NCBI GenBank assembly: GCA_000934665.2
Contig: KZ538266.1
Location: 1 to 64,000 of the forward strand
Direction of reading: 5' to 3'
DNA length: 64,000 bases
Source of the DNA: Catajapyx aquilonaris
Taxonomy: Eukaryota
Under the pieces are notes generated by a model. That model did not search any database and was not told where the DNA came from. It saw only the letters and a list, made by a program, of their open reading frames with translations. Shown here one piece after another: positions 1 to 11,456 of this stretch (its first letter is position 1; every line of letters starts with the position of its first letter). The position numbers and the translations under genes are program-made.

Positions 1-136
1 CCACCCCTCTCCACCCCCCCCTCTTCGCTGCTCCTCTAACACCTCTGAAGAAGTGTTGGGGAAACTGCGAAGGAACAGTCGCCATCTTGGCCAGAGATGT
101 CGGCTGCAAATTTTTTTTCTCTCAGACCACAATCGA

Positions 137-207
137 AGAAGCTCCGGGATTAGATCCCAGAGCCCTTCGATGGAGAGTCCGATGCGTTACCACAGAGCCA
201 CGCTCTG
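137..207 (-). pseudogene. Degenerate tRNA-like sequence (tRNA pseudogene or tRNA-derived SINE head)
   Basis: The reverse complement reads CAGAGCGTGGCTCTGTGGTAACGCATCGGACTCTCCATCGAAGGGCTCTGGGATCTAATCCCGGAGCTTCT. It has an A-box-like TGGCTCTGTGG and a B-box-like GGATCTAATCC at tRNA spacing, but the stems are imperfect. Confidence 0.4.
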
Positions 208-334
208 CTGTAACGAGATTGTGTGTGTTGGAAGGGTCTAGCCTATTTATCAGATTGACTTCAAAGAGAAATAAATGTGAAATGAGAGATGAAGTAAGGC
301 AGCGGGAAAGGTCCATAGCGATAAAAAGAAACGA

Positions 335-408
335 CGTCTTCCTTTCAGGATTCGATCCTTCAACCTTCAGGTTACGAAGAGAGAGTCTTAACCACTAGAC
401 CACTGCGC
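335..408 (-). pseudogene. Degenerate tRNA-like sequence (tRNA pseudogene or tRNA-derived SINE head)
   Basis: The reverse complement contains GCAGTGGTCTAGTGGTTAAGAC...GAAGGATCGAATCCTG, with A-box TGGTCTAGTGG and B-box GGATCGAATCC at tRNA spacing. The acceptor and anticodon stems do not pair cleanly. Confidence 0.5.
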
Positions 409-1764
409 TACTTCGATACTGACCCTCTCTCCAGCATGTAGGCTACTTATGGTAAAGAAAGGGCGCGACAAAATACCAATCATCTCAATGTAGCGTCATT
501 TGTCAAATATATTCTCATAATAATTATATGCTTGTATATTTATTTTCTACGGGAATTTATGCAATTATACAATCACCATAAAATGTTTGATTTCGGATAC
601 ATTTTTTTGCCTTATTAGTGTGTTAAGTAAAATAGTGTCATAATTTGTGTCGGGCTTTCATAAAATAGGCACCATGTACTGAGCAACTCAAAAATACAAC
701 AAAGGTCCATGCTATATACCCCGGAAGGGGTGAAAGCATTACCCTCAAATTATTATTATATTATTATGTGGCAATTTGTGTGTTTCAGTTGTATTCAGTA
801 AAAAAGGCATATTCATTATACAGTATATGTTATTAGAAACCCTCATTTTCCCTGCTTTTCCAGTTTTCCCGCCACTAATTCTTCCACCCTTTTCTCCCAG
901 CCTGACATATTTTCTCCAACTGAACCTGCGTTACTGAGCTAGTCAGGGTGTGACCCGAGGTCAGGGGTCACACAATGTATTGTACTGTATAAAGCATATA
1001 CGATATACCTACCAGCTGTGTCCTTCTTTCTGAAGATTTGGCAATGGCTACCCTACCTGCTATACGGAAGGCCTAAAGAGGGAAATGTCCACTAAAAGAA
1101 AATAATAGATTCCCACACATGAACTCTCACACTCGTCAAAAACAAAACAAAAAAGGATAAGAAACTGTGTATGTTCATAAATTATTCCGTCTGCAGTCCA
1201 CCACCACCATCATCACAACATGATGTTACTCTCCAACTGATACTTCAAGGGGCATTCTCTCAAACGCAACGTGTATCCATGGTACACAGAGTTGCGATTT
1301 TTTAATGCAAATTGTGTACTGCATTATGTACATTAGTTAAAATCCAGACTCTAGTCATTACACACTCTAATTATACAAGTTAGTTTCTCTACTTATTAGA
1401 ATGTACAGAATACATCATTTCCTCGCTTCAAACCGAAAGTGTTGTGCCCGAAGAAGATTTAATTCCCGTCACGAGTCAACGGCGGAATTTGGTGTACGTT
1501 ACCACATGGCTCTACAAAGTGAAGGTGAAGGGCGTATGAATGATTCAACGCGTTGCGTTGGCGAGACTGTGACAAGTACAGTAGTGGCGACAATCTCGCG
1601 GGTTTTTGTGATATAATAGGCCGCAATTGAGATAAGCATAAAACGGTGCTGTGCATGCCGTAAAACTGTCAAGCTGCTGCATAATAATAACACGCCCAAT
1701 TTAGCTTCATTATGGACTATGAATCTTGCCTTACAGTGTGCTTGTGTGAACACAAATATATTAA

Positions 1765-1820
1765 TGGCCGGTTTCACCAAGCCCGGTTTTCATAAAAACC
1801 GGGCTTGGTGAAACCCGCCA
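1765..1820. mobile_element. Collapsed MITE-like palindrome with TAA target-site duplication (PIF/Harbinger-like)
   Basis: TGGCCGGTTTCACCAAGCCCGGTTTT-cata-AAAACCGGGCTTGGTGAAACCCGCCA has 26-bp inverted arms with one mismatch. TAA flanks both sides (1762-1764 and 1821-1823). Confidence 0.6.
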
Positions 1821-3004
1821 TAAGGGAAACCTAAAAAAAGGACCTCACGGCAAGTAATAGTTAGAACGTTTGTCTTCATTTGAATAGGATTAGTGAAAAT
1901 CAAATCAAATCGGAAAAATTACTCTTATAATTTCGAAAGTGATAAACGTGTAGCCTACAGTTTTAAGGCACAGCATATGAAATGAATCACTCTCTCATTT
2001 GAATATAGCTGAATGTGCTTTTTTATGACCCATTTACCCAATAACCGTATTACTACACACATGTTTTTACTGCGCATGCTGCACGGATTATGCCACATAA
2101 CAATGAAACATGTCAGGCAGGTACTTTCCGGGATTTTTTTTTTTTGAAATTAGCAAACCACGGCACCGTAAAAAAATACATTTAATTCCGCGAACCTGCG
2201 CACATGCTGTTGAGTAGGTAAGGTCACAGAAGAAAAACGCGTGAAACACGCTCAGGAAAAAAATAACATCACCTGACTAATAAAAAAGCAACCAACGCGC
2301 TTCGCAATCCATAACGAAAGCTGAAACGATGCGACCTTGAGTTTTTCCCTGAGTGACCTTACAAACACACACACCTTATCAGAGCATGCGCTACGCGGAT
2401 TATACCTTACATCACACTTCTTCCGGCTGAAATTATGCTGGGACAATAACAATATCCTAAAAATACGGATCCAAGGGCTGAATGCACACAAAACAAGGTG
2501 TGGTTGTTGGATCGGGGTAGGATTTCGCAACATTATTTAACTTTCAAATTTTAAATTGTAAAATAGTCGTACACTTAATTTTTTTCTAACACTGACATCC
2601 CCTAATTTTGCGTTCATAAAATATTGCGTTCATCCGCCAGCGACATGCGTAAAAAATTCGAGTGATTAGCACAGGGCTCCCGTCAGGCGTAGGCAGCAAT
2701 AAATACCGTATCAAGGGCGTTTAAGTCCACTTAAGACGCCTTGATTAGTCTGGAATGACACAAGGGAAGGTCCTTCCTTGATGTAATTGATATCCCATGA
2801 CGCAACCGGGTACAAATTAAACGGGGGGACATACCGCAATATCCATCATCCCAATTCCGCAACTGGAAATCCTTACCCCCCACCCTATGTCAAGGCATGT
2901 AACAAAAAAAACCCGGGGCAGATACAACAGACAAGTGCGGAGTGCCTTTATTATTAGCCTGGCTTGCCAATATGGATGACAATAGAGACAAAGGCAATGG
3001 GGGT

Positions 3005-3164
3005 GAGATGAGTCCGCCCCCGCGTTGATGATGACTGTACTCAAATCAGAAGTAATGATGAGGACCGGCCTTGGTCGGTCTTTTGGGAGATGGTCGGAGC
3101 CACCTGACCAATCAAAGAAAGCGGCCTATATAACACCCCCCCAGCGTGTAAGACGACACTTGAA
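3005..3164. repeat. 160-bp non-coding block, copy 1 (159/160 identical to 6859-7018), with CCAAT and TATATAA on the + strand
   Basis: Direct comparison from GAGATGAGTCC to GACACTTGAA shows one mismatch. The block lies about 600 bp beyond the stop codon of paralog 1. Confidence 0.95.
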
Positions 3165-3756
3165 CTGCTGGATAAACCCATCTACGTGCCACACATCAAA
3201 TGGAAATAATTATTCGACAATCACATAACCGTGGGGGTCAAGAGTGGGGGCCATATTCACAGGAAAAGGAGGGCAGATTTTGACTATTTAAAGTTGAGTG
3301 CACGAAAATGTGTTACACACACGCATGTATTAACTCGTAAAATTAATTAGATGCGTCTGAAGTCTGGTATTTTGTTGTCAAAATGGTGTGAACTTATCTG
3401 TCTATAAAATCGTACTTTAGGGTGTAAATGACTGTGAGGGTGTCGTAAAACTTACACGCTGGTATAATTACGACGTAGCAATTTTCTTCAATGCTGCTGT
3501 ACAGCGCATGCGGAAGAACTTATTCACAAAAGTCGGCAGGAAGCGCGCGCCTTTTTTTTCTTCTTTTATATAGTTTTTTTTTCATGGGGCTCCTATAAAT
3601 GCGTGCTCACATGTCATTATGGGAAGGGAGGGGACAACAAGTGCTACTTACGTAGAAATTGAAGGGGGGGGGGGTAGAAAGAGGGATAATGCACGCACAC
3701 ACTGGTACCAAGATGCGTGATAAAGTCGGAATAAGATAACATTCCTAAGCACGTTC

Positions 3757-5502
3757 TTAGAAGTAGCCTCGACCCAAAAGGACTGCTGCTGGGAGGAGAA
3801 GGAGTCCTACGAAGATGGACGGACTCGATGCCCCGCTGCAGCCGTAGTCCTACAAACAAAATGACGAATTATTAGAAAAGAAAACCCCCATTGTTACCTC
3901 AGGGAAATAATGTTATTTTTAGCCAAGGTCAGCCGTGAAGACGTGCAGGCAAAACTAGTGCGCAATTGTGCAAATTGGGATGACAACCATGTGAATATTT
4001 GGTCATAGTTTGTAACAATGCAAAAGACTCACATAGAAGTTCTTCCTGGCCTGTTTGACCTGATCCCACATCAGGTCCTTTTGGCTGTAAGGAGAGTTGT
4101 CGTACTGTTCCTGCGCGCACTCGATGTCTGCTCCGTACGCCCTATGGGGACAAAATAAGGTCAAATTTGTGGCCCTCGGATTTGACCTCGTCACCTCAAT
4201 TCCCTGTACACTACCTGCATGTGATCTCTCGCTGCCTGTAGTGGGATCCTTCCATTCTGGCCTCGGTCCTGTAGTTTTGGGCCTGCCTGCAGATGTCTGT
4301 CAGGTAGTTTTGGGCCATCACGCAGCTCACTGCAACTGGATGGAAAAGTACAGGGTGATTGAAAACCGATTTTGGTGTCTGACAAACTCGCTTTTTTATA
4401 TAAAACGCTGTTTAATTCCTAATTGAGGTGCTAACAAATCGAGCAAACCGAATTGTTACCTTCCGCGAAATGCTCGCCATTAAATTTTAACTACCGATAT
4501 TTCAAGTGTTGCGAGTTGTGACAATAACTTTCACACACAATTTTAGAGTTTATCATATAACGCCCTATAGTTATGAATTTTTAAGAGATTGTGTTACCAC
4601 CCTATGTGAATGACAGTATTAAATTGTTTATAGCTCTATTTTTCTCCATTGAAACTAAGAATAGTTCCAATAAAAAGTGTACAAATACCTCAATGTCGCC
4701 ATAAAATTCGACAACAAATTGATTCTTCTTCAAGGGCATCCCCATAATTATTCCTGATCGCACTGGAATGTCCTACAGTCGTGTACATATAGGAGGTGAC
4801 TCAAACGAGCGGATGTGAAGCTAACAAGTGCGATACTGCGATGCAAAAAGCAGGAAATGTATACTGTCGAGAATAATCATATTACTTCCTAATTATTGTC
4901 ATAAATATTTTCAAACGCGCAATTTCAGCATCACATACGTGTTAACTCGGCGGTTGTACTCTGGTACAGACGTCACTGCATTTTATAAACTGCTAAAACT
5001 TGTGCAATGTAGCTCTCTGATCGAAGATCAGGTTTGCACATTGTTATCAAGTACCGATCACACTTCGGCTGTAATTTTTGATTGGACACCTGTCTGTACA
5101 TTAAAAAATTTGAATCGGTCAATACTACATGTACCTGTATGGAATGTCACCATTGGTATGTATGTCATGTGCGCCCTACGAAATCAATGCGACATGTGTG
5201 CAGGAAGGACGTACCATTAGGTTAATAACTCCTTGCTCAGCTCACCTTAAAGGCGAAGGTCATTACTATATGCGCGATATTTGCGCCTTGTACATATCGA
5301 TCGAAAATGTCGTCAAAAACAGCGAGCATTGTTCTTTCGAATCTTGTTGATAATGTACCTCGCGGGCAACACGTTTTCTCACCTGACCTACTTAGAGGTT
5401 ACGACGCACTTAAGTATTACGTTTCAACAACAAAAAAAAAGTGAAGGCGGGAAAGTAAGTACCTGCAAGCCCCACGAGAGCAACTGTCCAGAAGGTCCTC
5501 AT
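3757..5502 (-). CDS. Paralog 1: secreted, putatively GPI-anchored 4-Cys protein, 120 aa, 4 coding exons
   Basis: Exons 5502-5463, 4335-4215, 4141-4033, 3849-3757; all GT-AG; phases 1,2,0. Protein: MRTFWTVALVGLAVAVSCVMAQNYLTDICRQAQNYRTEARMEGSHYRQREITCRAYGADIECAQEQYDNSPYSQKDLMWDQVKQARKNFYDYGCSGASSPSIFVGLLLLPAAVLLGRGYF*. Confidence 0.9.
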
Positions 5503-6858
5503 TGTCCTAAGTTGTCGATGCGGTACCGGGTACGGACACTATAGACACTGCGGAGAGTGAGAAAAAGGCAGCTGTTACAAGCGTGAGACTCCGGTTGTGA
5601 CTGGTTGTGTGACGTGGTGGTGATTAAGAAGTTGTTAAGTCGTGGGTGTGGCGTGATTCAAAAACTTTCTCCCATCCCACCTAACATACTCACCAAAGAG
5701 AAGGAAAAAAAGGACCGGTCGCAATGGTCTCTGTTGGCAGTCTGCTCTACCAGTGGTTATTGCAATCGGGTCCTTTACACCCCCTTCCTTCCTTTCCCCC
5801 CCTACCTCTCTCTTTTCTCCACAACCCCTTTCCCCCTCCATGCCCCCCTCACATATTCCCTTACACATCGAGGGGCCTCCTTAGTTCCACATAACGTGAC
5901 GTAGGTAAAGAATGGGATGCGTGCCTGATCATCCCACGCAGCACGCAAGGACAATCAGCATCCAGCTACTTGCATTTTCTACACTAAACTTGGCAACACC
6001 GCACCGTGCGCATGGGCTGCAAGGAGGAAAAAAACTATTGAATGGAGATGCCAATATGGAAATTCTGTTATGACCCTCTCCAAGTTAGCATCGTACTAAC
6101 CAAACACCTGGCTGCCTGCTGTGAAAAACCTTGCAGTTGGCCCAATTGTTCGTTATTTTTTTTATATTTGTTTCCCTGTTTGCCGTATGGACGCGTTACA
6201 CTTCCTAAAATACGCAATTGTTGTGGAAGGTTACGGGTCGTAAACACTGGGCAAGGTCATGAGGGCCCCCCCATTTCGAACAGGTTCCACTCCAAGGGAT
6301 CGACCACCTGTTTATGCATGCGGGGGGGGTTATACAAAATGCTGCTTTTTTTATTTACTTGGAAGTGTCGGGTTGATCGACTGGCGTTTTGCGTATCTTC
6401 TACTGCTGAGGCGATATGGGCTTAAATAATTCAAAGCCATTGAAAGTGGCGGTCGATGGGAAAAGGAGCAAACATATTGTAAGGGAGCAGAACTTGGTGA
6501 TATTTTTCTAATGATATGACAAAAAATTACTGGTCGTAGCAGTTGGTACAAGATAATAAGGAAGGTGCCAGCAAAAGTCATAAAAACAGTAACAATCGCA
6601 TTTATTTTAAAAATTAGACATTGCGTCTGAAACATGCAACATAACGATTCAGTATGATCCAGTGGCAATGTTTCGTAATATTACAGCAACATTTTTTAAA
6701 GTGAATTAACGCATATCCTGAAAATAGCTTTCTGTTAATAATGAAAAAGATGGGTTGCATATAGAGGAATACTAGTTTTACAAGGTTTAATGTCGCTTTA
6801 CATGAAGTAAGAAATCACGGATGCCACTAGAGGCAAAGGCAATGAAGAGAGAGGAAGG

Positions 6859-7018
6859 GAGATGAGTCCACCCCCGCGTTGATGATGACTGTACTCAAAT
6901 CAGAAGTAATGATGAGGACCGGCCTTGGTCGGTCTTTTGGGAGATGGTCGGAGCCACCTGACCAATCAAAGAAAGCGGCCTATATAACACCCCCCCAGCG
7001 TGTAAGACGACACTTGAA
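6859..7018. repeat. 160-bp non-coding block, copy 2
   Basis: Near-identical to 3005-3164. It lies about 400 bp beyond the stop codon of paralog 2. Confidence 0.95.
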
Positions 7019-7409
7019 ATGGATAATCCCATTAGTGTGCTAAGTATAATTATTTGGTAATTTGTGTATTACGGTTATCATGAAGTAAACAGGGACTCTT
7101 TTTGGAAAGGAAATGGTCACCATACACAAATTAGATGGAATTCGCCAATCACAATGAAACAAACTCGACTCGGAGCGTAAACCGACGACACTGCAAGCTA
7201 CATTCACATAATATCGGAAGGAAACGGGCCATTTTTTATAGTTTGTTTACATGGAGCGCCTATAAATGCGTGTTCACATGTCATTACAGGATGGGAGGGG
7301 ACAGCTAGTGCTGCTTAGGTGGATATTTGGAAGGTGGAAAGAGGAGGACAATGCACGCACACATTGGTAATAATACAGTCGGAATGAGATAATATTCCGA
7401 CGCACGTGT

Positions 7410-8698
7410 TTAGAAGTAGTAACCTCGACCCAAAAGGACAGCTGCTGGGAGGAGAAGGAGTCCTGCAAAGAAGGACGAACTAGCAGCGGACGCTCTGTCA
7501 CATTCGGATCCCTGCAACAAAGCGATGGATGAGACAGAACCATTGTTGAAAAAAAAATATTACTTTTAGAGAGAGGTTTAGGACTAGGTCAGCCTGGGGG
7601 ATTGAGATTTTAGCGCGGAAACATTAGTGTGCAAATGAAGGTGGGTTCACATAGGCGTGGTTATCTTCGAATCGTTCATGAGGTTATACTTACAGCATAG
7701 TTCTTCTTGACATGTTGGAGTTGTAACTTCAACACGGGCTTCAGGTTTTCAGAAGCTGTATGCAATTCCTCCTGCACGCAGGTGACCTCTGCATTGAGCG
7801 CCCTGAAGACAAGCACAGGGTCAATATTGTAGGTCAATTCTACCTGATCTCATGATGACCTCTTTCCCAGCCCGTTGCGTACAGGCAGTTGTACTCATGC
7901 TTCCTTGCATTTGCGCCTTTGCTGTTAGACTCTTTTTCCATTTTTGCCAGGGTCCTGTATTCATCTGCCGGCCTGCAGTTGAGTGCACTGTAGTTCTCAG
8001 CCATCACGCAGTATGCTGGCATGAGATAACAATGTACAGCCGGTGAATTTCAAACCAGTTATGTTATCAAAAGTCAACAAATGATCTGTTAAAATGATGT
8101 GGGTTGACAGGTGGTTGGTTACATAAACATATACAATGTAATTACACACCAAATAATTCCCATTGTCAATGTACACATTTCCCTACGTCATCAACAATGA
8201 AAAGGAGCGCTGGTATTCGTCGATAGCTGACTGCAGCTGCGTAAGTGTGGCCTCATGTAGACAGTCTTATACTTATTACTCCTTGAAGGTTCAGCTATGC
8301 AGCAACTGGGCGCGATATCAGTGACCGTTTGCATAACAATAATGTCGCCAAAAACAGCACGCGCATTGTTCTTTCGAAATCTGTTGACAATAATAGATTC
8401 CATTCCAACAAGTTTTCTCTCCTGACCTACCAGGGTTGACTTAAATGAGAAAACAGTCTTTTCGTTACATAAATAAGTCCACAGAAAAATATTATTATTA
8501 TCCCGCTCAATGAATTTATTGTCGTTCTGATGGACGAATGAATGTGGCTTGTCCACATTTTTATACCATATCTGTTCATAGACTTGTCATGATGTCAGCA
8601 TACTGTACTGCTGACTGGTCGGGTTTTTTATTTTAATATTACCATTATAAGTGAGTACCTGCAAGTCCCGCAAGTGCAACTGTCCAGAAGGTCCTCAT
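7410..8698 (-). CDS. Paralog 2: secreted, putatively GPI-anchored 4-Cys protein, 127 aa (tandem duplicate of paralog 1)
   Basis: Exons 8698-8659, 8015-7883, 7802-7694, 7511-7410. Protein: MRTFWTVALAGLAAYCVMAENYSALNCRPADEYRTLAKMEKESNSKGANARKHEYNCLALNAEVTCVQEELHTASENLKPVLKLQLQHVKKNYAGSECDRASAASSSFFAGLLLLPAAVLLGRGYYF*. Confidence 0.88.
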
Positions 8699-11456
8699 TG
8701 TCCAAGCTGATGTATACGGTTCGGACACCACAAAAACAACACTGTAGATAAAAACCTGTTACAAGGTTCCATATGACTCGTGTTAGTGTGACGTGAAAAA
8801 GTTATTAAAGTCGTGGGGGTGTGATTTAAAAAAAATAACTGTTTCCCTTCCTCTAAACACACTCACCAAAAAGGCAAAGGACCGTCCGGAATGTCCACTG
8901 TGTTGGCGGTCTGCTCTCTTTAGAATAGATTATTACAATCGGGTCCTTTCTTTCTATGCCCACCTCTATCTCAACCAGCCCATATTTCCTCAGTTCCACA
9001 TTACATGACGTAGGTAAAGAATGTGCCTCATCATTCCAGCCATTGAGACTTGCATTTTTTTTTTACTTCATATTTTTATATAGGGAACATTGCCTCGTCG
9101 TTACTTCCTGAAAATATTCATCGTCGAGTCAAAAACAACCAAGAATTAATCGGGGTCAGCGTCTAATTGGATGGATGGCAGCATCTTGTTTCAATCATTC
9201 CGATGTTTGCCTCCCGTACCGTACAGACGCGTTACACTTCCGAAAACACGCACTTGTTGTCGAAGGTTACGGACGTCGTAAACACTATGCAAGGTCATGC
9301 TGAGGGGGCTCCCATTCGAACCGGTTCAACTTACTCTCTATTGGCCACCTGTTTACCGCGCATTGGATATACGTACTGTACACATAACCTAAGGTCATCA
9401 AAAGTTACTCAGCCGCAGTGACACTCTCGCTGGGATCGAAGCCCGTCGATTTGTTGCCAACCGATTTTGTCTGATTTCGCATTCTAGGAGCTTCGCTGCT
9501 GGACAAAGTGACAAATGATGTCAAGGCAACCAGGGTGATTTATTTCAACCGTCCTGTACACGGCTTTGAAGTAACTGTCATGTGTATAGGCTTGAGTAAT
9601 ACTTACGTACTATAGAGTGAATGGCTGGGTTAAAGTTGAAGGCCCTCTTACTTGACACTGACATTGGCGTTCCTGTCGGTCACGTGATGTAATCGACCAA
9701 TGATGAGTAACAACTACTTCAGGGAGGCCAAATATATGTTGCTTCATGCCTGTTTGGACACTCATCTTTTCTTACTCATCAGTCAGTCTTGTGTTAGCGG
9801 AAAACATTGCGGGGAAAAAGGAAAAGAAGATAATTATATGCATCACTAATCCTTATGAGACCGAGTTGAATTTCTAGCAGACTAATCGTGGGAAAAATTT
9901 TCTCCGCCCAATATGCCCTGAATGTTTCAATATTTTCTAACTGTAACATGAGAAATTTTCCTTGCTCAGTGTTGACACACTGTGAGCTTCAACAAACTGG
10001 CCCCCACAAAATATACATAGTGTTGTTTGGTTGCAACATTTCCTCCTGGTTAGTCAATCGTTTGCTAACTGCTAAAACTTAATCGCATTTTAATTCGCAC
10101 CGCCGCCCCCTCCGTATGATGAAAGCATGACCGATGCTGCAGAAGGGTATGTGGTTGTTTAATATTAAACACGCTAAGTACAAGTTCATATTCTAATCAT
10201 GTATATTGATGTGGGAGGTGGCCTTCGGATGCATCAGACATCGTAATTGGTACAGACGTCTTGTGCATTTGAAAGGAAGGGGGATGGGGGGTGGAGGGTA
10301 TGAGAAGAGTACTTATTAGAAAGTAATTAGGGATTTGTCCGGTACTTTCCTTACCATTTCCTACGTGCAATACTCGGTAAATTCTGCTTATTCCCAGGCA
10401 TTTCAGCCTTGGACTTCAGATAATAACGAGCCATAGTCATGCGGTCTGGTTATTTTTGTGTCACATTTTTCCCTTGCAAGAGTGTAATCGCATGAATCAC
10501 AAACGAGCTCGGCATTTCGTGGTAATCGCTATCAGCTTTAAGTATAGCGAAGGTTCAATTGATCAACGGACCAGTAGTCACTGGCTATGTACAGGATGTG
10601 TCACCCATTTGCCAATAAGTTTACGAGGTCATCTTTGGTAAATTTGGAAACAGCCTCGAGTGCGTTTGTGCAAGCTTATCTATCTCATGACTCTTGTGTA
10701 CATTACATGTTCATAAATACTTAACGTCATTTTAAGTACCGGTTTATGAGGACACAACCACTTATTCAAATTCCAAATATTTTCTGAACAATTTACAATG
10801 CAGTGTAATGAGTTGATTGCTTTTTTAATTTTTTTTAGAAAAGGGCACAAAATTCAATAAATTATTTAAGAGTGTGATAAAAACGCGGACTCGCCATCCT
10901 CTCTAGGGTAAAGTTTCCAAAATATCTTTTGAAATTTTCAAAAAATGCATAAAACCAGAGTTGGCCAGTTTTTTTGTGGAGTCACAAATCCTTTGGTGTT
11001 TGTGCAATATGCACAATCCCAATTCGCATGCATTTTATGCACCGTCTAAAACCGGTCTTACCTCCTAACGGTATACTTTTTGTACACACTTTTTTTGTCC
11101 CGAAAACGTCAATAAATGGCCCACCTCGACCTGTTTGCACAGAGTCACGACTATTTTGCATTACTCAGCCTCTCTCTCGATTCCTACAAGAACTTCCCGA
11201 CCTTCTTGAGCCCTCTTACGCAACCAAAGGGTGACGTAACCCTTGCTAAAAAAAAAAGGAAAGAAATACCTGAATGAGGCCCTCACGACCTTGAGCACTT
11301 TGACTCACTCGAACCCTTTGACAACATACTTATGCAAATCCTGTGCCACAAAATGTTGCAAACTCGTGGATAACGTACTCTCACTCTTTATTCAAAAATG
11401 CATGGCGAATTTACATGTTCGTTTAATAAAAAAAATATTGGGAAATTTTCAAAAAT

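Noticed and set aside
1..85. Possible first coding exon of a neighbouring minus-strand gene (CAAGATGGCG..., MATVPSQFPQHFFR)
   Set aside because: It is truncated by the window edge, too short to identify, and does not resemble the family's signal exons.
7803..7882. Alternative in-frame donor (AG|GTAG at 7844) that would add 13 aa to paralog 2 exon 2
   Set aside because: It would leave a 41-nt intron and break the invariant C-x8-C spacing. The donor at 7883 matches the position used in all other paralogs.
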